Shown piece by piece: positions 53,146 to 64,000 of a DNA stretch of 64,000 nt (positions are counted from its first letter, which is position 1; every line of letters starts with the position of its first letter). Both the position numbers and the translations under genes were made by a program. This stretch comes from the human T2T-CHM13v2.0 reference genome, Homo sapiens. The stretch lies in assembly GCF_009914755.1 (NCBI RefSeq), contig NC_060941.1; one strand, given 5' to 3'. Under the pieces are notes generated by a model. It saw only the letters and a program-made list of their open reading frames with translations. It did not search any database and was not told the DNA's origin.

Positions 53146-55264
53146 GTGCGCCCGGGGTGTGGGGTTCAGAGTAGAGTCCTAGCGAACATGTGTCTGTCCC
53201 ACTTCTTTGAGCATAAACGCTCAAGGCTTGTGGCTGTGGGAGCGTCCCATTGTGGTCGTGGTAGTGATGGTCACGGTTGAGGTAGAACCGCAGAAGAAAC
53301 AAACTTCACTTACCTTCCTGTCGCCAAACGAAAAGAGAAAACCTGCCTCGCTGGAGCTTCCCAGTGTGACAGGTGTCACTTTGCCTTAACTGACAGGGTC
53401 ACCACAGGCCTTCCCACTCCCTAATGGTGAGGATCACTCGAGGCCCATCCCAAGGCCACGCTTGCGTGGCTCCGAGGTCTGGGGACTGTTAGACGCAGCC
53501 TGCTGCAGCCAATCCTAGCGCATTTGGGGTTACACCACAAGACCATCTCTGAGGCTCAACCCTGACACAGCCCTAACAAGCGCCGTGTGCTGTGGACGCA
53601 GTGGCTGTGTTCCTGCAGGCTGGGGCAGGGCGGCGGCTCTCGGCCTCTTCGAGGAATGGGGCGGGAGCTGCTTTGTCAGCACAGTCCCAGTGCTCATCTC
53701 TCTGCCAGGGCCCAGCAGGGACTCGTGGAGATTTTCTATAAATCTAAAGTGCATTCTGAGCAAACCTGCCTCTTCCCTCATATATAATTGAAAGCTGAAA
53801 CTCTCAGCTTATTCTCGATTGTATATCAAGCTTGCGTCTTAGTCATCTCTGTGAATGGTATTTGGACCCCATGACAGCTCAGTCCCTGTGGTCCTGTCTT
53901 CATAGTGAATGCTGATTTCTGTTCATAAAAACAGAACCATCAGGCAGCCCCTGAGGCAGGCAAGCCATGAAGCTTGAACTACTGAGCCCCTTTACTGCAA
54001 AGAGAGAGGAGTTCGCCTCCCTCTTCTCACATGAACCTGGGTGGACAGTGGCCTGGCTGTTCTAGAAAGCGTCTTGCCGGGAAGCATCAAACGCCTTAAA
54101 TAGCCGTTCCCTTTGACCCAGTCATGAATCTGCTAAAATACTGTCTTGAGAAAATAATCAGAGATGTAGATGACTTCCGTGTTGTTTCTAAGAACGAAAA
54201 TTGAGATTCACTTAAATGTCCACAGAGGGTGAATAGTTAAAAAGTTATGAAATATTTGATGAGATATTATTGGAGCTACTGAAAAGTTAAACATTAAAAA
54301 TAGTGTCCTAAGGAAGCGCTCATGACAACATTCCTTAAAAAGAAAAAATGCAAAATGCAGACCAAGAAGCCAGATTTACAGAACAATCACAGCCGTGCTT
54401 CTCATACAGACACAGATGTGCATACAACGGAGACCAGCAGAGCCCGCTCCTAACTAGAGATTCGCAAATGGCGCCACCCACGACTGCACTGAATTGGGCT
54501 TCTTTTGTGCCTCTTCTGCAGTTTCTACACTAAGCACGAAGCACCTTTAGAGTCGGGGGAAAAGAATCAAAGAAACAAACCCCAGGAGATCATTGAGGCT
54601 GGTGGATTCAGTCCTAGTCAGAAGCCCCTCACCAGGCCCACCTGCTGGGCTCACCGCTGCTTACCTGCGGGTGGCATGAGGGTGGCGGCCCCTGCAGACA
54701 GAGGGAAGTGCCCCTTCCCATCACTAGGAGGCTTCTGGTTAGGAAAGGAAAGCATACACAAATCCTGGAATTGGATGCAGGAAGCAGGAGCCACCCAAAC
54801 TCTGAGTGAGCCAGAGCTGGGAGGTGGCTGGACACTGTGCCAGGGGTGCCAGGCCGTCCTCTAGAACTGCGGCCCAGTCTGTTGAAAAGTCAATGGAATT
54901 TAGTCTAATGTTAACAAGCTTGGTGTCCTTGATGCGGTCTCGTGCTTAAGGCAGACAAGGTCAGGCGACTAAGAAACCCACATGGTCTGGTCTTCGCTCT
55001 TGCTGGGATGGCAGTGGCTGTACATGTTGGTAATTTCTTGGTGTGATAACGAGAGGCTTTTCTTGAAGTCCTTGAAAAATGCCTATTCTCAGTCATCTAT
55101 CCTATGATGAAAGAGGAATGGCATAGATAATCCAAAACTCATTGCTCTTAAACTTAAAAATGAATTTGACTTTTCCCCAAAGGATTTGCTTTCCTTTCCT
55201 AAGCATTTTTAAGTACACAGCAGCTGATTGCAGGAGGAAGTTCCCCAGAGGCATGTGGAAGGCC

Positions 55265-55445
55265 GTGTGTGTGTGTGTCTGTCTGTCTGTCTGTCTCTAT
55301 GTGGGTGTGTGTATCCCTGTGTCTGTCTGTGTGATGTGTGTGTGTATCTCTGTATGTGTGTATGTGTATCTCGTGTGTGTGTCTGTGTGTTTCTGTGTGT
55401 CCCTGTGTGTGTCTGTGTGTGTGTGTCTATTTGTTCCGGTGTGTG
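55265..55445. repeat. TG/TCTG-rich compound microsatellite
   Basis: Read directly. Confidence 0.9.
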
Positions 55446-56549
55446 CAAGCCCCAAGCCAGCGTCTCCTCTCCCTTTCTTCAGATTAGCAGCCCCTCCTCC
55501 GCCTGCCCTCATCTCCTCCATTTGCACATCTGAGAATTCCCGCCCGCACGGAGGAGCTGGAGGGTGTCAGCCTTGTGGTCTGGCCCTGCCAGCAGGTCCT
55601 GCTGTGTGGACACTGCAGAGGAGATTAGTCCAAGGGGATCCATGTAGGAGCTGCCATCACACAGGAGGTTGATCAGGAAACGGTTGCTGAATGAGTAAAC
55701 GATTGTCTTCCTCTGCCCCTGCCAAGTATTTGAAAACAAATGCTCACTTGGTTGTCGTTGAAACAACAGGCTCTGGGTGTCATGATGGAAAAGAGCGCCG
55801 TGTTGTGGTCGGCGTCGTCTGTAACTCCTGATAGCAACTGCAGTCTTAGGAGCGTCTTTAACATTAGAGACCTTTTCCAAACTTCAGAAGAGGAAGCAGG
55901 ACGTGTTTTCTCTTGTTTAAAAAAAAAATTGTTTTCCTACTTTTTCTAGGTGGTATTCATAAAGGTATTCTTTTACTGATTTAATTCATCATCTAATGAC
56001 ATTTGTGTAACGAGCTGCATTAGGAACTTCTTGTTATTAGCCTGCTTCACATGTAAACTAAAAATAGCTCTAAGGCTAGGATTGAACCTAAAAAAGAACA
56101 GAAGAACTGCAAACCCGAAACTGCTTCAAGGTATATAAGAAACTAAAACAGTTACCAGGTCACAAAATAATGACCAGTTTACACTGACATGCAACTAGCG
56201 ATTAGCAGGATGAGCATCCAAGGACACCGTGGTAAGGACAGCGTCTGCTAACGTTTTTATTAGTTCACCGTCAGATTTCGTACAGGTCCGTATGACTAGA
56301 AAGAGCCGTGTTCTGTCTGCGGCTCACCTTTGATTGGTGAAGCAACCTCCTTTCTTCCCATGTTGGTTTACGGAGCTCGTGTCTACATTAGAAACCACAA
56401 AAGAATATTAAAAATGGTCTGCCGTGTGCTTAAGAAAGAAAAAGATGTATTGAATTGTGTTCTGATTACAAAAGTCATACAACTTTTTTCTTCTCTCAGT
56501 TGGAAGGTTTCAAAAATTGATTCTATCCAGAGAATCAATCCCTACAAGG

Positions 56550-57130
56550 CTGTAGGGGCATGTGAACTCTCAGACACTGTTGGTGGGTGGGTCCAGTACT
56601 CCCTTTGCTTAGGGCAATTAAGCAGTAACTGTCAGGATTAGAAAAGGGTATACCTGCAAAGCCAGCAATCCTGCTAGGAGGCATATATTCTTAAAAACCA
56701 CTAATATACATGTCCATGAAAGGGTTCTGCCCGGAGATGTTCATGATAACATGATTTGTAATGGGAAAAAGTTGAAAAGAATCACTTAGTAGGAGAGTTA
56801 ATTTAAAATGATGGATCCATGGGTTAGAATACTATACAACCATTAAAATTCTTTAAGTTGTATCTTTCTATGAGGACTTGGTTGGATGTCCTTGATCCAA
56901 AAGGTAAAATAATCAAATTGTACAAAATGCTTGCACGAGCTCTGTGCTTCTGTAGACTGGAACAAGCACGGGAGGAGGCTTGGCCAGTTACACAGCAGGC
57001 TGGCCACACAGTGACTTCTAGAAGGTGGAGTTGGAGCCAGGCAAGGGGACTGTTCTTTTTTTCATCATTTACTTCTGGATGATTTGAATTTTTTAGAAAG
57101 AACAGTTATTAGTTTTGCAATTTAAAACAG
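56550..57130 (+). mobile_element. Ancient L1 (L1M-type) 3' fragment
   Basis: gaactctcagacactgttggtggg...ccagcaatcctgctaggag...atgttcat...gaatactatacaaccattaaaa resemble the L1 ORF2 end and 3'UTR. Confidence 0.65.
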
Positions 57131-57642
57131 ACTAAAATACCATTTTTAATTATAAAAAGCTTTAAGAGTCGATACGCTGTTGGGAGGCATCACACGCAGA
57201 ACCCAGTTTATTTCACACAGCCCTTAAAGCTACAGTGGGGATTTCCGTTTGGCGGCTCCGCAGAGCATGGGGATCTTGTTTTGCCCTGAGAGCATCTGCT
57301 CCTCTAGGGTGGATGCGGAAGCTGCACTGCCCGTCATCAGATCTGCGGCTGTGCAGCTGGGGTTTCAGTGCACCATTAGAAACTCAGGCAGTGAAGGAGC
57401 GACTTGAGATGGCCATAGTCCCCACGCAGGGTTCCCTCCCAGCACTGGGGTTGCCCTGCCTGCATGGCTTCCGGTCCCGCTTTTCTCACTATGCAGTGAA
57501 CATTGAGCATCCTGTCATAGATTCTCCCACAAAAATGACTTTTTCTGTTTTGTCTTGTTTTTCTCCTCTGAGAATGACACTCTGTGTGACATTCTTTATA
57601 TAAACCTGCAGCAGGCAGAGCCTGAGAAGTCCCCTCGTGCCA

Positions 57643-59221
57643 CCCTCAGCTCAGTTCATCCTTGGCTCATCCTCGGCTCATCCTCAGCTCATCCCTGGCT
57701 CATCCCCAGCTCATCCTCAGTTCAGTTCAGCTCATCCTCATCCCCAGCTCATCCCCAGCGCATCCTCAACTCATCCCCAGCTCATCCTCAACTCATCCCC
57801 AGCTGCTCCTCAGCTCATCCCCAGCTCAGCTCATCCCCAGCTCATGCCCAGCTCATCCCCAGCTCATGCCCAGCTCATCCCCAGCTCATCCTCAGCTCAT
57901 CCCCAGCTCATCCTCAGCTCAGCTCATCCCCAGCTCATCCTCAGCTCATCCCCTGCTCATCCTTAGCTCATCTTCAGCTCATCCCCAGCTCAGCTCAGCT
58001 CATCCTCAGCTCATCCTCAGCTCATCCCCAGCTCATCCTCAGCTCATCCCCAGCTCAGCTCAGCTCATTCTCAGCTCATCCCCAGCTCATCCTCAGCTCA
58101 TCCTCATCCCCAGCTCATCCTCAGCTCATCCCCACCTCATCCCCAGCTCATCCCCACCTCATCCCCACCTCATCCTCAGCTCATCCTCAGCTCATTCTCA
58201 TCCCCAGCTCATCCCCAGCTCATCCCCACCTCATCCCCAGCTCCTCCCCACCTCATCCTCAGCTCATCCCCAGGTCATCCTCAGTTCATCCCCAGGTCAT
58301 CCCCAGCTCATCCTCAGCTCAGCTCATCCTCAGCTCATCCTCAGCTCAGCTCATCCTCAGCTCAACCCCAGCTCATCTCCAGCTCAGCTCATCCCCAGCT
58401 CATCTTCAGCTCAGCTCATCCCCAGCTCATCCCCAGATCATCCCCAGCTCATCCCCAGCTCATCCTCAGATCATCCCCAGCTCATCTCAGATCATCCCCA
58501 GCTCATCCTCAGATCATCCCCAGCTCATCCTCAGCTCATCCTCAGCTCAACTCATCCCCAGCTCAGCTCATTCCCAGCTAATCCTCAGCTCAGCTCATCC
58601 CCAGCTCATCCCCAGCTCAGCTCATCCCCAGCCCAGGTCATCCCCAGCCCATCCTCAGCTCATCCTCAGCTCATCCTCCACTCATCCCCTGCTCATTCTC
58701 AGCTCATCTTCAGCTCAGCTCATCCCCAGTTCATCCCCAGCTCATCCTCAGCTCCGCTCATCCTCGGCTCAGCTCATCCTTAGCTCATCCTCAGCTCATC
58801 CCCAGCTCATCCCCAGCTTATTCCCAGCTCATCCCCAGCTCATCCCCAGCTCATCCTCAGCTCATCCCCAGCTCATCCTCACCTTATCCCCAGATCATCC
58901 CCAGATCATCCCCAGCTCATCCCCAGCTCAGGTCACCCTCAGCTCATCCCAGCTCAGCTCACCCTTAGCTTATCCTCAGCTCACCCTCAGCTCATCCCCA
59001 GCTCATCCCAGCTCATCCCCAGCTCATCCCCAGCTCATCCCCAGCTCATCCTCAGCTCATCCTCAGCTCAGCTCATCCTCACCTTATCCCCAGATCATCC
59101 CCAGATCATCCCCAGCTCATCCTCAGCTCATCCCCAGCTCATCCCAGCTCATCCCCAGCTCATCCCCAGCTCATCCCCAGCTCATCCCCAGCTCATCCTC
59201 AGCTCATCTTCAGCTTATCCA
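57643..59221. repeat. About 1.6 kb simple satellite of the 11-mer cagctcatcc(c/t), with interspersed 5-mer cagct
   Basis: Read directly; the minus strand reads (GAGCTGGGGAT / GAGCTGAGGAT / GAGCT)n. Confidence 0.98.
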
Positions 59222-60842
59222 CTTCAGTCTGCTGTGGGCTTCACCCGCCTCAGGAGGACAGCTGGCTCCACCCCAGCTGCAGCTTCTAAAATGGGTGCTT
59301 CCTGTTCTTTCCTGGAAAGTTCAGAAGGAAAGCAAATGGATAGGTCGATTCCCCTCCAGGAAGACCAGAATAGAATAAGTCGTTGGTTTTGGATGGAAGC
59401 TGCGTGAAGAACACACTTGGTGGGTGGAAGTGGGAGACGTAGCTTCTCTGACTTTGTTTCCACTCAGCCACCACCAGCTGGACTCTGGTGCTCGCAGTCT
59501 CCGAGGCAGCAGGACAGCTTCCTCCCACAGCTGGGGCAGGGACCGTGCAGTGCCATTCTGCTCACCTTTCTCCACACTTGGCTGTAGTGCCAGCGCCTGT
59601 CTGGTAAATTACTGCTGAGTGTTAAACAGTCAGGGGTCAGGTTTATCAGCCAAGTCAGACAGGCTTGTTTTAGAGAACACTGTGATTATTCAGTGTTGTT
59701 TAAATTAAATACGTGGTTATTCTAACCGTGCATTCTTAGAGAGTTTCATCCTGGTTTTGCTTGGCTGCACGTGCAGAGGGTCCTGTGGGCAGTTCCTTCG
59801 GCCTCAAGCGTATGGGAAATATTGCTCTGGTAAAAGCCGCAGCCTGGTTCCACCTCCGCCTGCAGACAGCTGGAAAGAGCACCACTCCCACCTTGGAAAT
59901 AAGAAAAGGGCAGAAAAGCTATAAAATTCTGACTTTTCCTGAACTCATCAGAGAGCTGAGGTGGCAGGGGAAGTGAGTTGCCCAGCAGGGAAGGGAAGAG
60001 GTGCCTCCAAGGAGAGCCGGACCATGAGCACCAGTTCCCTGCAGCAGAGCAGAAGGGGCCAGCAGGGAGAAATGCTCACCTGAAATTGGCAGTGGTTTGC
60101 GCAAGGCTAAACCTGGACCAATGGAGAATCTCAAACCTTTGGGAGCCACAGGCTGCACAGGCCATGGACGTCCACTGGGCCCTCACCCAGAAGATTGAGG
60201 TGGGACACGAGAAGAGCCCCTCAGAGGTGTGGGCCCGCAGCAGGCTCTCCTGTGCTGCTCCCCACAGAACATAACCTGCAGCTCCTGATGAAAGACAGCA
60301 AACCCTGTCGCCCCCAGAGCACAGGCGAAGACCCACTGCCACAGAAGAACTGCAAAAGAAAACCTTCCATCTCCAGCAGGGCGAGGACCTGCCACGTGTG
60401 GCACACTGCAGGGAGCAGGACAGAGTCACTGAGAAGGTTCCACCCTGAGACCCAGAGACACAGGCCCTGCCTCAGTCAGAGTCTGGGCTAGAGCAACAGA
60501 GAGCCCTTCGGACCCTTCCAACAGGCTAGCAGGCTCCAGGCAGCAGGCACAGCAGTCGAGCTGTAGCAGGGGCACAGGAGCATAGAGAGAGAAGCCCCCC
60601 AAGGTGCAGACACACGAGGAAAGCCAAAAACCAAGGGAGGGTGGGGTGGGAACCCTGGCAAAAACCCTCCCGAAACCCAGGCCCTGCTTGAAGCATGAGG
60701 TAGTGTGAGAGGAATCCGAAGCTGGCCACATGCTGAGTGTCACCATGGCAACAGTAAAACCCAAGCCCATTTCAGTGCCTCGCTAGATTGACTGAACTCT
60801 TTAACAGTCTAGTAATAGAGGCACACCCATTTCCAGGCATGC

Positions 60843-60868
60843 ATATATATATATATATATATATATAC
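60843..60868. repeat. (AT)n microsatellite
   Basis: Read directly. Confidence 0.9.
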
Positions 60869-60925
60869 ACCTTAGTCTCTGCTGTTCTACACATGAAGTC
60901 TGGAATTCATTCAGAAATTAGGAGA

Positions 60926-61065
60926 GGCTGGGCATGGTGGCTCACACCTGTTATCCCAGCACTTTGGAAGGCCAAGACAAGAGGATCACTTGAGCCCAGG
61001 AGTTCAAGACTAGCCTTGGCAACGCAGCAAGACCTCATGTCTACTAAAAAGAACAAAGGAAAAGT
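60926..61065 (+). mobile_element. Alu monomer (FLAM-like)
   Basis: Left arm only: ggctgggcatggtggctcac...gaggatcacttgagcccaggagttcaagac. Confidence 0.88.
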
Positions 61066-62500
61066 ATGAGATGCCCCCAAAAATATAAGACAAACACGCC
61101 TGCCATCAAGAGACAAAGCAGAGAAAGACCCAAGGGCAACCCAGATGTTGGAACTATCAGAGATGGAGTGGAAATAACCAAGATTAATATGACCTAAAGG
61201 CATTGACAGCAAAGGTAGACAACAAACATGAACAGATGAGGGATTTCAGCAGAGAGTTGGACACTAAGAAAGAGTCAAGTGAATGCCCCCCAGAGGCCTA
61301 TCTGTGACCTCAAATAGCCAAGGAAAAAAATCAGTGAATTTAAAGACAGGTCTATAGAAAGTACCCAAAATGAAGCACAAAGACTACAAAGAGTGGGAAA
61401 AAAACAAACAGGATTGCAGATCATCTGAGAGCTTCAGGACAGTACAAAGCAGTCCAACATCTAACCACAGATCCAGCAAAGATCCCAAATCATGGTATAT
61501 ACAGACACACACATGCACGTGCACACACACATATACACACACAGCTGGACACATATCTAAGCCACCACAAACCAAAGATAAAGAGAAAACCTTGAAGACC
61601 TCTGGAGCAAAAGGACACATTACTTACAGGGGAACAAGGACAAGAATCACCACAGACTTCTCATTAGAAACTGTGTAAGACAGAGATAGTCCAGTAATAT
61701 CTTTAAAGTGCTGAAAGAAACTGTCAACCTAGAATTCTGTACACACAAAAATATCTTTCCCAAAAGAAGGTAACAAGACAAACATATCCTCTCTTGCCAC
61801 TTGTCTTCAACACTGAACTGGAAATTATAGCCAGGGAAGTTAGGCGAGCAAAAGAAATAAAACATATCATATTGGAAAGAAGAATAAAGCCATCTCTGTT
61901 CACAGATGACATGATCCTGAATATTGAAAATCATTCAAAATCCATTTTAATAGAGTATCAGAACTTAAAAACCAATGCAGCAGTATTGTACCCACAAGCT
62001 CAATATCCAGTAACCATTTGTATCAGAATCCCCTACACTAGTAATGAAAACCCTAAAAATGCAATCAAGAAAACACTTTCATTTATAATCATAGCAAAAA
62101 TAATAAAATGCTTAAGAATAAACCTAGTAAAAGAAATGTAAGACTTGTACTGAAACATTATTGAATGATACTAAAGAAGACTTAAATAAAGGGAAAGAAA
62201 TCACACATTCATAGGTCAGAAGACTAACATTAAGTTGGCAGAACTCCCCAAATAGCTCTACAGATTCAGCACCATCCCTGGCAGCCTTTTTTGCAAAAAT
62301 TGACAAGCTGATACTAAAATTTGTATGGCAATATAAGGGACCCAGAATAACAAAAGAAAAATGTAAGAGACAAACATACTGAACAACTCACGCTTCCTGA
62401 TTTCAAAACTTACTACATAGCTGCACTAATTAAGATACCATGGCATTGGCTTAAGAGCAGACATATAGGTCAATGGATTTGAATTGAGAGCCCAGAAATA

Positions 62501-63125
62501 TACCTTCCGTCACTGCTTTATGCCTATAAACTCTACAATTTAGGCGAGATAGACAAATTCCTTGGAAGAGATTACTACCCAGCGTCATTTGATAGCAAAG
62601 AGATAACCTGAATAGTTCCTGTCTATTAAAGAAAATGAAGTTTTCTTGCTTTGTTTTGTTTGAGATGGGGTCTCATTCTGTTGCCCAGGCTGGGGTTCAG
62701 CGGTGCAATAACTTCCATCACTACTTTATGTCCATAAAACTCTAAAATTTAGATGAAATAGACAAATTCCTTGGAAGAGATTACTACCAAACGTCATTCA
62801 GTAGCAAAGAGATAACCTGAATAGTTCCTGTCTATTAAAGGAAATGAAGTTTTCTTGCTTTGTTTTGTTTCAGATGGGGTCTCATTCTGTTGCCCAGGCT
62901 GGGGTTCAGCGGTGCAATACCTTCCATCACTACTTTATGTGCATAAACTCTAAAATTTAGATGAAATAGACAAATTCCTTGGAAGAGATTACTACCAAAC
63001 GTCATTCAATAGCAAAGAGATAACCTGAATAGTTCCTGTCTATTAAAGAAAATGAAGTTTTCTTGTTTTGTTTTGTTTGAGATGGGGTCTCATTCTGTTG
63101 CCCAGGCTGGGGTTCAGCGGTGTGA
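62501..63125. repeat. Tandem triplication of an about 208-bp unit (L1 fragment plus antisense Alu tail)
   Basis: Units start at about 62501, 62709 and 62918; each contains gacaaattccttggaagagattactacc...gatggggtctcattctgttgcccaggctggggttcagcggtg. Confidence 0.95.
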
Positions 63126-63355
63126 TCATTGATCTTTGCAACCTCAATCTCCTGGACTCGAGAGACCCTCCCACCTCTTCCTCCCCAGGAGCTGGGACTA
63201 CAGGCATGCACCACCAGACACAGCGAATTTTGAAATTGTTTACAGAGATGGGGACTCGCTATGTTGCTCAGACTGGTCTCAAACTTCTGGGCTCAAGCAG
63301 CCACCTCAGCCTCTCAAAGTGCTGGGATTATGGATGTGAGCCACTGCATCTAGCC
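63060..63355 (-). mobile_element. Alu (AluJ-like) inserted in L1, TSD aagaaaatga(a)gtttt
   Basis: Full dimer; direct repeat at about 63046 and 63356. Confidence 0.9.
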
Positions 63356-63606
63356 AAGAAAATGAGTTTTTAACTAAAAACTCAACACAGAAAACTTCTG
63401 ACCCAGAAAGTTTCGCTGGCAACTGTACCAAACCTTTAAGGAGGAAATAATACCACTTCTGCACAACCTGTCACAGAAAATTAAAAGGAGTGAACACTTC
63501 CCAACTCAGTATATGAAGGCAGCATTTTTCTGATATCAAAACCAAAGATATCACAAGAATAAAAAACACAGATTCCCAAGTCCTCAGCATCGTATTAACA
63601 AGCTCC

Positions 63607-63738
63607 AGCCAGGCACAGTGGCTCATGCCTGTAATCCAGCACTTTAGGAGGCCAAGGCAAGGAGGATCGCTTGAGTCCAAGAGTTCAAGACCAGCCTGGG
63701 CAGCACTGCAAGACCCTGTCTCAAAAAAAAAAAAAAAG
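63607..63738 (+). mobile_element. Alu monomer (FLAM-like)
   Basis: Left-arm Alu with a poly-A tail. Confidence 0.88.
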
Positions 63739-64000
63739 GCATTATACAAAAATCAGTTGTATTTCCATATGAGCAATTGGACATTGAAATTTAACATCAG
63801 TACCATTCAAAATAGCACCAAAATACATGAAATACTTAAGTATAAATCTTTTTTCAAAATATGTGAAAGATATGTATTCTGAAAAATATAAAACACTGAT
63901 GAAAGAAATGAAAAGGTCTAAGTAAATGGAGACCATGCTCCTGGTTTAGAAGACTCAATAATATTAAGATTCCAGTTCTCCCTAAATTGATACATAGATC

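Larger units (their letters stand above)
61100..64000 (+). mobile_element. Degenerate L1 (L1M-type) ORF1 and ORF2 fragments, sense, non-collinear, with Alu insertions
   Basis: ORF 61370..61678 ends KDKEKTLK...HITYRGTRTRITTDFSLET (ORF1-like). ORF 61794..62141 PLVFNTELEIIAREVRRAKEIK...SLFTDDMILNIEN is the RT FADD region. 63385-63600 resembles the PDGFTAEFYQTFKEE...LPNSFYEAS segment. Confidence 0.9.

Noticed and set aside
57555-59378. 607-aa and 373-aa Ser/Pro/His-rich ORFs
   Set aside because: They are products of the 11-mer satellite, which has no stop codon on the + strand in any frame.
61794-62141. Reverse-transcriptase-like ORF as an active RT system
   Set aside because: It is a short degenerate L1 ORF2 remnant (FTDD) with frameshifts and deletions.

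Overview
This is primate, almost certainly human, genomic DNA lying wholly inside RPTOR (Raptor, the scaffold subunit of mTORC1) on the + strand. Eleven GT-AG coding exons (8187 to 53145, 1410 nt in total) splice into one stop-free 470-codon frame, SCQADLVKDNGHKY...SARYFAQPVMK. From recall this corresponds to about aa 504-973 and exons 14-24, covering the HEAT/armadillo region and the phosphoregulated linker. Neither end of the gene is in the window. The introns contain about 20 Alu elements, old L1/L2/MIR fragments, MER2 and MER58 DNA transposons, and a sense-oriented MER52-type solo LTR. They are also unusually rich in minisatellites and two-copy micro-duplications. Nearly all long ORFs in the supplied track are artefacts of repeats or high GC. 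I found no RNA gene, no CRISPR array and no new protein-coding system that I can support. The best candidates for follow-up are: (1) a 1.6 kb AGCT-dense array whose minus strand resembles an immunoglobulin switch region; (2) a hairpin-forming 70-bp VNTR expanded inside the LTR; (3) a triplicated L1/Alu junction that multiplies poly(A)-like and acceptor-like signals; (4) a 3x20-bp CTCF-like array; (5) an AP-1 motif cluster over exon 18. Exon and residue numbers and repeat subfamily names are from recall, not from a database search.
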